Assembly: GCA_963817385.1 (NCBI GenBank)
Contig: CAWFOM010000001.1
Location: forward strand, 192,001 to 256,000
DNA from: an uncultured delta proteobacterium
Lineage (GTDB): Bacteria; Desulfobacterota; Syntrophia; Syntrophales; UBA5619
Reading direction: 5' to 3'
DNA length: 64,000 nucleotides
How positions within the stretch are numbered: position 1 is the stretch's first letter; every line of letters begins with the position of its first letter. The notes below the pieces were generated by a model. That model made no database searches, was not told where the DNA came from, and was given only the letters and a program-made list of their open reading frames with translations. The position numbers and the translations under genes were made by a program. Positions 28,488 through 39,858 of this stretch are shown here, piece after piece.

Positions 28488-28545
28488 GGAATGAAATTCT
28501 CCTTTCCGGTGGTATATCGTTGATGATAGTTTAAGATCCGACGCC

Positions 28546-30045
28546 TCAGCCGGTGATGTCGCCCCGCCGTTTGCGCACGGCGGGCAGCACCATCACGATC
28601 AGGATCAGGATCGTGGCAATGATAAACGCAAGGCTGATCGGCTCGCGTGACGAACACCGAGGGATCGCCGTTCGAGACCTGCAGCGCCCGCCGGAGGTTT
28701 TCCTCCATCATCGGCCCCAGGACGAACCCGAGGAGCATCGGCACCGGGCTGCACCCGAGCAGCCTCCACACAATGCCGAGGATACCGAAGAGCGCCGCGA
28801 GGTAGACGTCGAACGAGACGTTGTTCGAGCTGTAGATGCCGATGGCGGAAAATACCATGATGGCGGGGAAGAGCAGGCGATAGGGAACCTTCAGCAGGCT
28901 CACCCAGAGGCCGACCAGCGGCAGGTTGAGGACGACGAGCATGAGGTTCCCGATCCACATGCTCGCGACCAGCCCCCAGAAGAGGTCGGGTTTCTGGGTC
29001 ATCACCGTCGGCCCCGGCGTGATGCCGTGGATCATGAGCGCCCCGAGCATCAGCGCCATCGTCCCGCTCGCGGGAATCCCCAGGGTGAGCATCGGGATGA
29101 ACTTGCACTGCGCGTCCGCGTTGTTGGCGGCCTCGGGCGCCGCCACGCCCTCGATCGCACCGTGGCCGAAACGCGACGGGTCCTTGGCGGCCTTCTTCTC
29201 GACCATGTAGGACGCAAACGAGGCGATCGACGGTCCGGTGCCGGGCAGCACGCCGAAGAACGCCCCGAGGACGGTTCCTCTGATGATCGGGGCGATGGAC
29301 TGCTTCATGTCCTGCGAGCGTCGGGTAGAGGCTCCCCACCCGGGAGGTGAAGATCGTCCGCTCCTCCGGATCGCTGAGGTTGCTGATGATTTCGCCCACC
29401 GCGAACACCCCCACGGCGATGATCACGAAACCGATCCCGTCCGCCAGCTCGTAGAAGCCGAAACAGAAGCGCTTGACGCCGGAATCGACGTCGGAACCCA
29501 CGATGCCGAGCAGCAGGCCCACCACCACCATCGCGAGCGACTTGAGCATGTCGCCCTGGGCGAGCACCGCCGCGGCGACCAGGCCCATCAGCATCAGCGA
29601 GAAATATTCCGGCGAACCGAACTTCAGCGCCATATCGGCGAGCGGCGGACCGAACATGGCGACAATCAGCGTACAGACGGTGCCGGCGAAGAACGAGCCG
29701 ATGGCCGCGATCGCGAGCGCCGCTCCGGCGCGCCCCTGCCGCGCCATCTGGTAGCCGTCGATGCAGGTGATCACCGACGAGGTCTCACCCGGGAGATTGA
29801 CCAGGATGGAGGTCGTCGAGCCGCCGTACTGGGCGCCGTAGTAGATGCCGGCCAGCATGATCAGCGCCGCGACCGGCGGGACGTTGTAGGTGAGCGGCAG
29901 CAGCATCGCGATCGTCGCCATCGGCCCGATGCCGGGCAAAACGCCGATCAACGTGCCCACCAGAACGCCGATGAAGCAGTAGAGCAGGTTCTGCAGCGGA
30001 GAACGCGACGCTGAACCCGAAGATCAGATTGTGGAACAGTTCCAT
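28546..30045 (-). CDS. tctA: Tripartite tricarboxylate transporter permease (frameshifted)
   Basis: GVLPGIG, YGGSTTSILVNLPGE, APEAANNA and LTLGIP motifs over several frames. Confidence 0.9.
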
Positions 30046-30058
30046 GGCGATCTCCTTG

Positions 30059-30511
30059 TCAGAATCCCTTGATCAGGGGGTAGGGCAGTCCGAGACCCCA
30101 GATGAACAAGGCCGCCGAGGCCACGGTCAGAAGCACGGTGAGCAGCGAGACCTCGACGAACTTGAACTCCCTGCCCGAGGCCGCCGATACGAAGACCAGG
30201 GCCACCAGCGCCGGGATGAAGCCCGCCTTCTCCATCAGGACGCCGAACAGGACCAGGGAGAGGGGCAGCATGATCAGGGCCCTGAGCGACAAACTTCCCT
30301 GGATCTTCTCACCGCTCTTCAGCCCCACGGCCATGATGCAGATGCCGAACGCGATGAGGACCCCGCCCAGTATGGTCGGAAAGAAGCCGGGCCCCATGCG
30401 CAGCGCGCTGCCGAACCGGTAATCCCGGGAGATGAACATCGCCGCCGCGCCGATTGCGATCAACATCATACCGGCCCAGAAATCCTTGTTTTTGCGTAAC
30501 TCAATCTTCAT
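30059..30511 (-). CDS. tctB: TTT small permease
   Basis: RMGPGFFP motif; 4 TM; between tctC and tctA. Confidence 0.9.
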   Translation of the reverse strand: MKIELRKNKDFWAGMMLIAIGAAAMFISRDYRFGSALRMGPGFFPTILGGVLIAFGICIMAVGLKSGEKIQGSLSLRALIMLPLSLVLFGVLMEKAGFIPALVALVFVSAASGREFKFVEVSLLTVLLTVASAALFIWGLGLPYPLIKGF

Positions 30512-30694
30512 CGGGAACTCCTCGTTGGAGAAAACTTCAAATCGAGGGACGACCGGATCCCCGCCGAGCATCGGCGGGATGGTGAAGGGCACGCAGACAG
30601 CCGCCGGTCCCGGGAAATTCCCCGGCACCGGCGGCGTCCCGGCCGCTCAACCGTAAATCTCCCTTAGGACAATGACGTGCCTGTGCTGTTGCTT

Positions 30695-31692
30695 CTACTC
30701 CACCTTGATGTTGGCCTCTTTGACGACCTTGCCCCATTTGGTGATCTCTTTCTCAATGAAGGGGCCGAATTCAGCCGGACCGAGATAGTCCACATCCGCC
30801 CCTTCCTTCTGGAACAGCTTCTGCACTTCCGCCGAGGTCAGGAGTGTCTTGATCTCCTTGTTCAGCCTCTCGACGATCGGCGCCGGCGTGCCGGCCGGCG
30901 CAAGGATACCCCACCAGTTGGTCGCTTCGTACCCGGGAACGCCGCCTCCGCAATCGTCGGCACATTGGGCAGGATAGTGCTGCGCTTCAGTCCGCCGGTG
31001 CCCAGGATCCGGAATTTTCCGGACTGGATATGGGGCAGCGTCTGAATGAGCGAGCCGAGCGAAAACTGGCTGTGGCCCCCGAGCTGGTCGATCATCGCCG
31101 GGCCGCCCCCCTTGAACTGCACGATCTTGAAATCGATATCCGCCATCATCTTGAAGAGCTCGGTTCCCATGTGCTGGAAGCTGCCGACACCCGCGACATC
31201 CGCAGATCAACTGGCCGGGCTTCTGCTTTCAGCAAGCGCGATGAGCTCCTTCACCGTATTGGCCGGAACGCTCGGATGGACGGTGAGGGAGTTCGGTCCG
31301 CTCCCCAGCTTCGCGATCGGGGTAAAGGATTTCACCGGATCGAACGGAAGCTTGTAGAGCGCGGGATTAAAGGCATATGCGGCAGAGACGATGAGCAGCG
31401 TGTAGCCGTCCGGCTCCGCCTTCGCCGCCATCTCCGAGCCGAGAACGCCTCCCGCGCCGCCGCGGTTGTCGACGACCACCTGCTTGCCGAGGCTTTCCGA
31501 CAATTTTGTGGCGATCAGGCGCCCGACGATGTCGTTGCTCCCCCCCGGCGGGAACGGGATGATAAGCCGTATCGGCTTGCTCGGAAAAGAGTCTGCCGCC
31601 GCAAAACCCGAAACCACTGAGACCGCAAGCGCCAAGACGAGCGCCAGCAGTATCCCGAAAGTCTTGAACAGCCTTGATTCCTTCTTTTTCAT
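30695..31692 (-). CDS. tctC: TTT substrate-binding protein (Bug family), frameshifted
   Basis: FPSKPIRLIIPFPPGGSND, NRGGAGG, FKGGGPA and WWGILAPAGTP motifs. Confidence 0.9.
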
Positions 31693-31843
31693 ACATTCTC
31701 CTTTCATACGCTGGAATAGAACATCCGATGCACCACTAAGGCAAACGACGATGTAATCTGATCATCGTCACTGAATCCGCCGGCACACACACCGCAGCTC
31801 GCCGCGGGGTAAGCGTCAGAAACGGTATGTTCCTCTTAGAATA

Positions 31844-31880
31844 GAAGATTTTCCGCAACTTGCCCCAGGAGAGCTTCAAT
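31844..31880. repeat. REP-like palindrome copy C (degenerate, reversed)
   Basis: GAAGATTTTCCGCAACTTGCCCCAGGAGAGCTTCAAT. Confidence 0.55.
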
Positions 31881-32024
31881 CCTGTCGGATCTTGTCTCCT
31901 CAAGCGCGGCAGGGAGAACATAGGACAATTCAGCGCGGAATGCAACCCGGGTTTTTATCCGGCGCTGTCGATCAACTTTTTCAAATCACGACGGGTACTT
32001 ACCAAGATATTTTTTAACACTCTG

Positions 32025-33000
32025 TCAGAGGCAGAGTTTCTCGTTCTCCAGGACGATTTTCCCGTCCAGCCAGACTGTGGGATTCAGGATGACGATGTCG
32101 ATATGCAGCCCGCACTGGACAGTGCCCCCCAGGGAGATATTGTCGCCCAATGCCACGTGAAGGGTACCCAATCTCTTGGAGACCTCCTTGGTATCGGGGA
32201 AAATACGGCAGTCAGGGTTCATCCCCAGGGCGAACTGAGAGGCAAACCGCCGGGCGTTGGAATCGAACTTCTCGAACAGCTCCAGCAGTTGCCGGGCCTG
32301 TTTCCCCCCTTCCACGTTCACGATCCAGCCGTCCTTGATCTCCATCTTGAACGGTTCGTCCACTCGCCCGATCTTATCGATGATATAGGGGTTTACGATA
32401 CAGCCCTGGGTAGCGCCTTCCAGCGGGGCAACCGTGGATTCCCCGTCGGGAAGTCCTGAAAACCTCCCCGGTTCGTCGGCAAAGCCGGTCTGCGCTTTCC
32501 CTTTCCGGCCGCAGAGCTTCATGGTCACATCGCACCCGTCGGCGGTGGTAAAGCGGATCTCGCGGGCCTGCTCGAGGAGGGCATCCACCGCCAGGGCGTT
32601 CCGCCGGACCGGCTCGTAGTCGGTGGTGACCCCGGGACTCTCCAGCATCCCGTCATTGAAGCCCCGAAGATTGCAGGTCCGGGCCCCGGCCCCCAGGGCG
32701 GTACTGACCGCCCTGCTGTGCACGATCGCCCACTTGGTGAGGTTGATGACGGCGCTGGAACGGATGAACGCCCCCGCCGCGGTCTCCGGCAGTTCCTGCC
32801 CGCCGACCGTCCGTGGCTCGATAATCATCGACACCGGTTCGGCCCCCGCCTGCCGCACGGCCGCGGAGATGATCGTGGCAAAGGGTCTGCGAATCCTCCT
32901 CCGTATCCCGGAGGATGCACACCGTCTCCCCCGGCTTCAGGGCCAGAATCTGCCCTACCACCTGTTTGGCCACTTGAACCATCCTTTGTTCGTCAAGCAT
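32025..33000 (-). CDS. Aminopeptidase T (M29)/NicX-like fold protein, frameshift near 32895
   Basis: LPDGE, FALGMNP, GTLHVALGDN..GG and LHID motifs. Confidence 0.75.
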
Positions 33001-33097
33001 TGTTTCTTCTCCTCAAGCAGGTATCCCGACCAATAATCATGCGGCATCCATACCATCACCCATGGCTTTGCGACAGATCATCCGACTGTGCACAACA

Positions 33098-33736
33098 CTA
33101 CTTCGCTGCCATCCTCTTCAGGACTTCAACCGTTCGGTCGGTGTTGAAAATCCCGCAGACACAGGGGCCGGCCAATTTTTTCGCCGCCGCTTCCGGCGAT
33201 ATTTTCCTCTTCCTGATCTTTGCGACATAATGATCGATCATCGCCGGTGAAACCATGTGATGACCGCAAAGGGTGGTGATTTTCAGATGATCCTCACTGG
33301 GCAATAACTCCGTTTTCCCCCAGACGCCAAAGGAATAGAGGATCGTGTGCGGCTTGATTCCGATCTCTCCGCACATGGCAAAGATCTCCTCGATCAGCCC
33401 CCCGGCAACTACGGAGATGCCGTAATCCCGTTTCTTGTACTCCTTCAGGACATTTTTGAGCTTCTCCTTGTCGGAAAAAGCGGCAAAGAATCCTTGGAGG
33501 CTCCGCCACTTCATGATGTCTTGAAAATCGTCGCCCCTGCCGATGCAACCCGATCTCCGGCCGAGATTCACCGCGCCTTTTTCAAAGGCGATAGCGGCCA
33601 TCGCTTCCGTTTTATCAATCGCCTCCTCCTTCGTTTTCTCATCGACGTCATCCAGCGCCTTGTATGGCTTGACGAGGATGTTATAATCACTCCTCAGTTC
33701 TTCTATCGTCCCGAACCGGTGGGCCGCATGGCTCAT
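33098..33736 (-). CDS. Uncharacterised His/Cys protein, module copy 3
   Basis: SHAAHRFG, TLCGH and CVCGIFN; paralog of 34567 and 39134. Confidence 0.85.
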   Translation of the reverse strand: MSHAAHRFGTIEELRSDYNILVKPYKALDDVDEKTKEEAIDKTEAMAAIAFEKGAVNLGRRSGCIGRGDDFQDIMKWRSLQGFFAAFSDKEKLKNVLKEYKKRDYGISVVAGGLIEEIFAMCGEIGIKPHTILYSFGVWGKTELLPSEDHLKITTLCGHHMVSPAMIDHYVAKIRKRKISPEAAAKKLAGPCVCGIFNTDRTVEVLKRMAAK

Positions 33737-33755
33737 AATCAGAAGCTCCTTTCGG

Positions 33756-34485
33756 TCATGCCTCGAAAATCGGTTTTCCCAGACCGAGGTTGATTTTCGC
33801 ATTGGGCCGCGGGTGAATTCCCATTGCATCGAACATCGGCTCAAGGGGAGACCGGAAACCCTCTTCCAGTCGGGTCACCAGCCCGAAGCTGAAGACCGTG
33901 TCGATTTCCGTTGCCACCTGTTTGATGATCCCGATGGTTTTCTCCAGACTCTTCCTTTTTTATTTTCGCTTCGATGATGCAGGAGAGGACCCGTTCGTCC
34001 CTGATGTCATCGCGGAGAATCCCTTTTCCCTTGTCCTTCAGCAGGGCCGTGAGCGGGGTCTTTTCTTCGAATTCGATGTCCGCCTTGATCAACGCCTGGA
34101 GTATCTTTTCGACATCGCGGAAACTGGCGCTCACCCCGGGCCTCCCGACCTCGATCATCACCCCGATCTGCCCGCGCTGAAACCGGCCCGAGCGGTCGTT
34201 CGTCTTGCACTCATCCGTCCCCCTGCCATACCCGGTGGAGAAGCACAGCTCCTTCGGCCAGGGCTGCTGGTTGTCGCTGAAGTATTTGCGGACGATCCGG
34301 GGCCAGACGAGCTCATCCTGCTGAAGCGCGCCCGTCGGACACTCGGCAATCCGCAGACAGTTGCCGCATTCGACGCACCGCTCGCGGTCGATAGCGGCCT
34401 TCTCATCCTCCTGCCGTATCGCTACCACCGTGCAGGTAAACACGCATTCACCGCATCCGATGCAGGTTTCCCGATCTATGATCAT
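33756..34485 (-). CDS. 2x[4Fe-4S] ferredoxin-domain protein, module copy 3 (frameshift near 33955)
   Basis: CIGCGEC..C, CVECGNC..CP, GRGTDECKTND and PNAKINLGLG motifs. Confidence 0.85.
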
Positions 34486-34566
34486 GGCGACCCTCCGTAA
34501 ATGACCTTGATGGAGTTATGAAGACATGAAGAGTAACGCGAACAGACAAAGGCGCACGCACCCTGC

Positions 34567-35202
34567 TCAGGAGCGGCCGGTCGTCATATTCCGCAGCAGC
34601 TTTTCCGCCCGATAGGTATTGAATATGCCGCAATCGCACATCCGGGAGAGCTTCTTGGCTGCGGCCGCGCAGGTGATCTTGCCTTTGTTGATCTGATCGA
34701 CCATGTGGCGGATCAGGTTGGTCGCCACCATGGCATGACCGCACATGGTGTGGATCTCCAGGACCTCCCCTTCGGGCACCCGCTCGGTGTTGCCGTGGAT
34801 GCCCAGGGAATAGTTCACGGTATGGGGCGCGATACCGATTTCCGCGCAGATTTTTTCCGTCTCCGCGCATAAGCCCGATACGACGACCGATATGCCGAAA
34901 TCCCGCTCCCTGATCTCGTTCAGGCACGCCTTGATCTTCTCCCGATCCTTGAAGACCACGTGGATGATCCGGCTCTTGGCCTTCTGCAGGGCCTCCAGGT
35001 CGTAGAGCTCCCCGCCGCCCCAATGGGGATTATGGTTCCCGAAATTCACCAGATCGTCCTTGTAATGGGAGATCACCTCCCAGATCTGCTGCATCGTTTT
35101 CTCGGACCCCTCGTGGTTCACAAAGCGGGATGTCCGAAGCAGCAGGACATAGTCCTCGTGGAGGTCTTCGACACTCCCCTGCCGGTGCAATGTGTGCGTC
35201 AT
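34567..35202 (-). CDS. Uncharacterised His/Cys protein, module copy 2
   Basis: THTLHRQG, TMCGH and CDCGIFN motifs. Confidence 0.88.
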   Translation of the reverse strand: MTHTLHRQGSVEDLHEDYVLLLRTSRFVNHEGSEKTMQQIWEVISHYKDDLVNFGNHNPHWGGGELYDLEALQKAKSRIIHVVFKDREKIKACLNEIRERDFGISVVVSGLCAETEKICAEIGIAPHTVNYSLGIHGNTERVPEGEVLEIHTMCGHAMVATNLIRHMVDQINKGKITCAAAAKKLSRMCDCGIFNTYRAEKLLRNMTTGRS

Positions 35203-35203
35203 G

Positions 35204-35933
35204 TCATGCCTCCTTGAACAGCGGCCGGCCGAGGCCCACGTTCGTCTTCGTGTTGGGTCTTGGGGAAAAGCCGGCCTCCCGGGCGATGGCGAGCACCGGC
35301 GTGGTTCCGTCCGCATCGACGCGGCTGATCAGATCGAGAGAAAAGGCCGTATCGATCTTCGCCGATACCTCTTTGATCGTTGCCAGTACCTCCGCCAACT
35401 TGCCGACCGGGATCTTGAGCTCGATGATTGCCGAAAGCACCCGTTCGTTCAGGACCGCCTCGTTGAATTTTCCCGTCTTCGGATCGGCCATCAGTTCCGC
35501 CACCGGATTCTGGGTTTCGAATTCCACCCCCAGCCGGGCGATGGCCATGGCGACCGTCTCCAGATCCCGAAACGACGTGCCGACGCCGGGGCGGCCCAGT
35601 CTCCAGGGCGACGCCGGCCTCGCCGCGGACGAACCGGCCGGTCACGTCGTTGGTTTTCATCTCCTCCGTCCCCCGCCCGTTGCCGGTCGTCGAGGGATGT
35701 TTCACATCGGGGTTGCTGAAATACTCGCGAAGGCACCGCGGCCATTCCAGCTTCGGCATGTAAATCGCGTCGACCGGGCAGACGCCGGATCTCTTGTAGC
35801 AGCACCCGCACTCCACACACGCCGCCTGATCGATCTCGCTGACCGATCCCCCTTCCGCCAGCCGGATCGCGCCGACCGGGCAATAGGGGATGCATTCCTC
35901 GCAGCCGATACATTTCTCCTTGTCAATCAGCAT
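35204..35933 (-). CDS. 2x[4Fe-4S] ferredoxin-domain protein, module copy 2 (frameshift near 35595)
   Basis: CIGCEEC..CP, CVECGCC..CP, GRGTEEMKTNDVTGR and PNTKTNVGLGRP motifs. Confidence 0.88.
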
Positions 35934-35960
35934 ACAAATCCTCCCTGCATCTCTTCTAAC

Positions 35961-37466
35961 TTACACCTCTTGCTCCTCCAGCATCTTCCTTTTGATCCTG
36001 ACCGTCTTGAACGAGAACCCGATCGTCAATACTGCGGCGATCCCCAAAAGGGTCGCGGAGATCGGGCGGGTGAAGAATACGGTGATATCGCCATGAGAGA
36101 GCGCCAGGGCGCGATGGAGATTGTGCTCCAGCAAGGGCCCCAGTATCAGGGCGATGACCATCGGGGCGCCCGGAATATCGTATTTCTTCATGAAATAGCC
36201 GATGATGCCGAAAATCATCATCACCCAGACATCGTATACGCTGCTGCTGAGCGAATAGGCCCCGATGATGCAGATCAGGAGGATACCCGGGTAGAGGTAG
36301 CGGTACGGGATACGCAGGCCCATGGCGAAGAGGGGGATCATCGGGAGGTTCATCACGATCAGGATCACATTTCCGATGAACATGCTGGCGATGAGCGCCC
36401 AGACGAGATCGGGGTTGGTATGAAACATCATGGGCCCCGGCTTCAGCCCGAACATCATCAGGGCGCCCAGCATGACCGCGGTCGCCCCCGAACCCGGAAT
36501 CCCCAGGGCCAGCAGGTGCACCATGGCCCCCGACGTGCACGCGTTGTTCGCGGACTCCGGAGAGGCAACGCCTTCGATGGCGCCCTTCCCGAAACGATCG
36601 GGATCCTTGGCAACGCCCTTTTCAAGGGCATACGCAACGAAAGACGAGATGGTCGCACCGGCGCCGGGCAGGGCGCCCATCATGAATCCGACCGTCGTAC
36701 CGCGGAGAATCGCCCATTTCGATTGCCAAACCTCGGCGACGGTCGGCCAGAGATCTTTGAATTTGACGTTGATGGGGGTTATTTTCAGCCGTTCTTCCGC
36801 GGAAACCAGGACCTCCCCGATGCCGAAAAGGCCCATGACCACGGTGACGAATGACACCCCATCCATCAATTCGGGGATATCGTACACGAACCGGGGCGCC
36901 CCCTGGATGACGTCGATGCCGACCGTCCCGAGGGCCATCCCGATGACGCCGCTCATCAGCGATTTCGATATGGATTTCCCGCCCACGTACACAATGGTCA
37001 AAAGACCCATGACGATCAGGCTGAAGAATTCCGCCGGGCCGAATTTCAACGCGAATTTCGCGAGGGGGACGCAGATGAGCATGAGCCCGATCGTCCCGAG
37101 AATGCCGGCAACGAAGGAACCGATCGCGGAAATTCCCAGGGCGGCTCCGCCGCGCCCCTGGCGCGCCATCTGGTAACCGTCAATGGTGGTTACAACGGAT
37201 GCGGCCTCGCCGGGAACGTTGAGCAGGATCGAGGTCGTCGACCCGCCGTACATGGCGCCATAGTAGATCGCGCACATCATGATCATGGCGGGCGTCGGGT
37301 CCATCCCGAAGGTAAGCGGAATAAGCATGGCGATCGTGGCCGAGGGGCCCAGGCCGGGCAGGATTCCCACCAGGGTGCCGAAGAAGCAGCCCATGGCTGC
37401 CATCATGAGATTGAACGGGGTGAGGACCGCCGCGAAACCCTGCATCAAGTTGTTGAGGATATCCAT
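35961..37466 (-). CDS. tctA: TTT permease (intact)
   Basis: GILPGLGP, YGGSTTSILLNVPGE and SPESANNA motifs. Confidence 0.95.
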   Translation of the reverse strand: MDILNNLMQGFAAVLTPFNLMMAAMGCFFGTLVGILPGLGPSATIAMLIPLTFGMDPTPAMIMMCAIYYGAMYGGSTTSILLNVPGEAASVVTTIDGYQMARQGRGGAALGISAIGSFVAGILGTIGLMLICVPLAKFALKFGPAEFFSLIVMGLLTIVYVGGKSISKSLMSGVIGMALGTVGIDVIQGAPRFVYDIPELMDGVSFVTVVMGLFGIGEVLVSAEERLKITPINVKFKDLWPTVAEVWQSKWAILRGTTVGFMMGALPGAGATISSFVAYALEKGVAKDPDRFGKGAIEGVASPESANNACTSGAMVHLLALGIPGSGATAVMLGALMMFGLKPGPMMFHTNPDLVWALIASMFIGNVILIVMNLPMIPLFAMGLRIPYRYLYPGILLICIIGAYSLSSSVYDVWVMMIFGIIGYFMKKYDIPGAPMVIALILGPLLEHNLHRALALSHGDITVFFTRPISATLLGIAAVLTIGFSFKTVRIKRKMLEEQEV

Positions 37467-37478
37467 TTCTTTTCTCCT

Positions 37479-37940
37479 TCAGATTCCCAGCAGACCCGTG
37501 GGAAGATCCACTTCCAGCCAGTAGCGAAAAATGAGAAAGATTCCGGCGCTGAACATGACGCCATAAAAGACGCTTTTCAGGATACTGTCGCCTTCCAATG
37601 CAAAAAGGATGACGGATACGAAAAGAAACACGGTCAGGATGAAACCGAGGCTGTTCATAAGGAGGGCAAAACCGGCCATGATCACCATGATGAGGCCGAG
37701 CCGACCCAGCGACCGTAATCCGGGCAGACGCGGCTTCATCTCCTCGGCGCTATATTGTTCCTTGAAGCAGAGGATGAACCGAAACAGGGAGAACCCAGCG
37801 AGAACGACTCCCAACCAGAAAGGGAAAAAACCGGGGCCTGTGCCGAATTTGGAAGCATATTCGAATTTTTGCGATTCGAGCATGAGCCAGAGGCTGAGTC
37901 CCATACCGACGAGCGAATAAACGATGTCTCCTTTTTTCAT
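37479..37940 (-). CDS. tctB: TTT small permease
   Basis: GPGFFP motif; LPTG C-terminus; 4 TM. Confidence 0.9.
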   Translation of the reverse strand: MKKGDIVYSLVGMGLSLWLMLESQKFEYASKFGTGPGFFPFWLGVVLAGFSLFRFILCFKEQYSAEEMKPRLPGLRSLGRLGLIMVIMAGFALLMNSLGFILTVFLFVSVILFALEGDSILKSVFYGVMFSAGIFLIFRYWLEVDLPTGLLGI

Positions 37941-38077
37941 ACACTCTTCCTCCTGACCGGGATACTGATCCTCTAACATTTAAAGAGCACCTGCATCATG
38001 GTGCTTTGGAACGGTGCAAAGCGAAGCAATTCCGTCAACACAATCGGCGCGCCTGCAGTCGCAGGGAGACCGGCCGG

Positions 38078-38111
38078 TGAAGCTCTCCGCGGCAAGCCGC
38101 GGAGAGCTTCA
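38078..38111. repeat. REP-like palindrome copy D (perfect)
   Basis: TGAAGCTCTCCGCGGC-AA-GCCGCGGAGAGCTTCA. Confidence 0.85.
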
Positions 38112-38123
38112 ATATCCCTTGAC

Positions 38124-39101
38124 TTACTTCTTCTTAAAGGCGCCGAGTTCATCGACATCCACTTTGAGCACCTTAACGTAATCGTCGACAAACGCCTTGG
38201 TCTCCTCATGCCTCATGAAGGAATCGACCGCATAGGAGGTGTTCAGCAGATCCTTATACGCCTTGGTCTTGGAGAGTTTGAAAAAGGCATCTTCCCAGTA
38301 TTTCTGGGCATAATCGGGGAAATCCTTCGGCGCCCAGAAGCCTCTCGGCTGGACATATACGGCATTGATCCCCTGCTCCTTCATCGTCAGCACGTTCGGC
38401 ATGGCGGGGATCCTCTGCGGGGACATGACGCCCAGCGGCTTGATCTGCTTGGCTTCGATCTGCCCCATCTGTTCATTCACGTTTCCAAACCCGATATCAA
38501 CATGCCCGCCCAAAATGGCTACGGACGCGGCGCCGCCGCCGCCGAAACCGACCATGTTCAACTGCGCACCGGAGGCCTTGGCCACCCGGTGGGCGCTGAC
38601 ATGCTCGGACCCTCCGATGGTGCCGATGGCAACGGAGAGCTTATCGGGGTTTTTCTTTGCAAACTCGATGGCGCTCTTCATGTCATTGTATGGCGATTCA
38701 ATGCGCGTAAAGGCAAGGTTCGGATCCATGCACATCATCGTGAGGAAGGTAATATCCTCCAGTTTCAGTTTGCTGGAGCCGCGCAAAAGGGCGGAAAGCG
38801 GCCCGGTCGTGAACTGCATGACGACATGGGCATCGCCCGCCTTGTCATACATATAATTGAGCGAAGTCGTTCCGGAGCCGCCGGCCCGGTTCACCACCTG
38901 GATCTTCTGCTTTACGATGCCCTCTTTTTCGAGGATGTTGGCCACGGCCCGGCTGAACAGGTCGCTTCCCCCGCCCGCCGGGGAATGGACGACAAATTCG
39001 ATTGTCTTGTCAGGGTATGCCGCCTTTGCATCGGCCGCCACCATCGCTGCGATCAAACAAAACGCTACTGCCAACGAACAGACAAACAGTTTCCTTCTCA
39101 T
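38124..39101 (-). CDS. tctC: TTT substrate-binding protein (intact)
   Basis: Signal peptide; YPDKTI..AGGGSD, NRAGGSG and FGGGG motifs. Confidence 0.92.
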   Translation of the reverse strand: MRRKLFVCSLAVAFCLIAAMVAADAKAAYPDKTIEFVVHSPAGGGSDLFSRAVANILEKEGIVKQKIQVVNRAGGSGTTSLNYMYDKAGDAHVVMQFTTGPLSALLRGSSKLKLEDITFLTMMCMDPNLAFTRIESPYNDMKSAIEFAKKNPDKLSVAIGTIGGSEHVSAHRVAKASGAQLNMVGFGGGGAASVAILGGHVDIGFGNVNEQMGQIEAKQIKPLGVMSPQRIPAMPNVLTMKEQGINAVYVQPRGFWAPKDFPDYAQKYWEDAFFKLSKTKAYKDLLNTSYAVDSFMRHEETKAFVDDYVKVLKVDVDELGAFKKK

Positions 39102-39133
39102 GATAACCTCCTTTTGACTTCAATGTTCACCGA

Positions 39134-39816
39134 CTACACCACCCATCCTCTTACTCCGGTACTTACCCGTTCCGCTTTCTCTTTCCCCGTCAGCTTGCGA
39201 AGCAGCATCTCCGCCCGTTTGGGATTGAACAACCCGCACAGGCAGGGCTTGCCCAACTCTCTCCCCGCCTCCTCCAGACTCAGGGAACCCTTCTTTACTT
39301 TTTCCACGAGGTCGTCCACCAGGTATCGCGACACCTGGCCGTGCCCGCACATCGTCGTTATCTCGAGTACCGGGCCGTCGGGGAGAAGCGCGGTATTGCC
39401 CCAGACGCCCAGCGAATGGTTCGACGTATGGGGCGTGATGCCGATCCTGTCGCATATCGACTTTATGGTGTCATACAGTCCTGAGACGACTGACCGATAA
39501 TCCGTAATCCCGTTCTTTCAGCTCGGTGAGAAACGACTCGAGCTTCTCTTTCGTATCGAATACGCAATAGGGGGAATTGCCGTCTTTGAACTGCTCTTCG
39601 ATCGACTCCAGTGAGGTTTCCAGGATGTTCCCTTTGTAGTTCGGACCCCGGGCGCCGGTGATGTTGACGGCGCCATGCTTTTCGAAAGAGCCGCAGGAGC
39701 TCCTTGCATATCCCGGCCGAACCTTCCTGGTTGTATCCCTTCTCCGCCCGCATGATGATGACATAATCGCAGCCTAAATCTTCGATCGTACCTGCCCTGT
39801 GCAATGAATGAGTCAC
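39134..39816 (-). CDS. Uncharacterised His/Cys protein, module copy 1 (frameshifted)
   Basis: THSLHRAG, KERDYGLSV, MCGHG and CLCGLFNP across frames. Confidence 0.85.
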
Positions 39817-39858
39817 AGTCTCACCTCTCCTTTCATCGGGGTTTTTTTGACACCCTTA

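Noticed and set aside
8439..39500. Long overlapping or antisense ORFs (e.g. 9177-11024, 23664-25757, 35130-36854, 37998-39500)
   Set aside because: Shadow frames of GC-rich genes with no recognisable motifs
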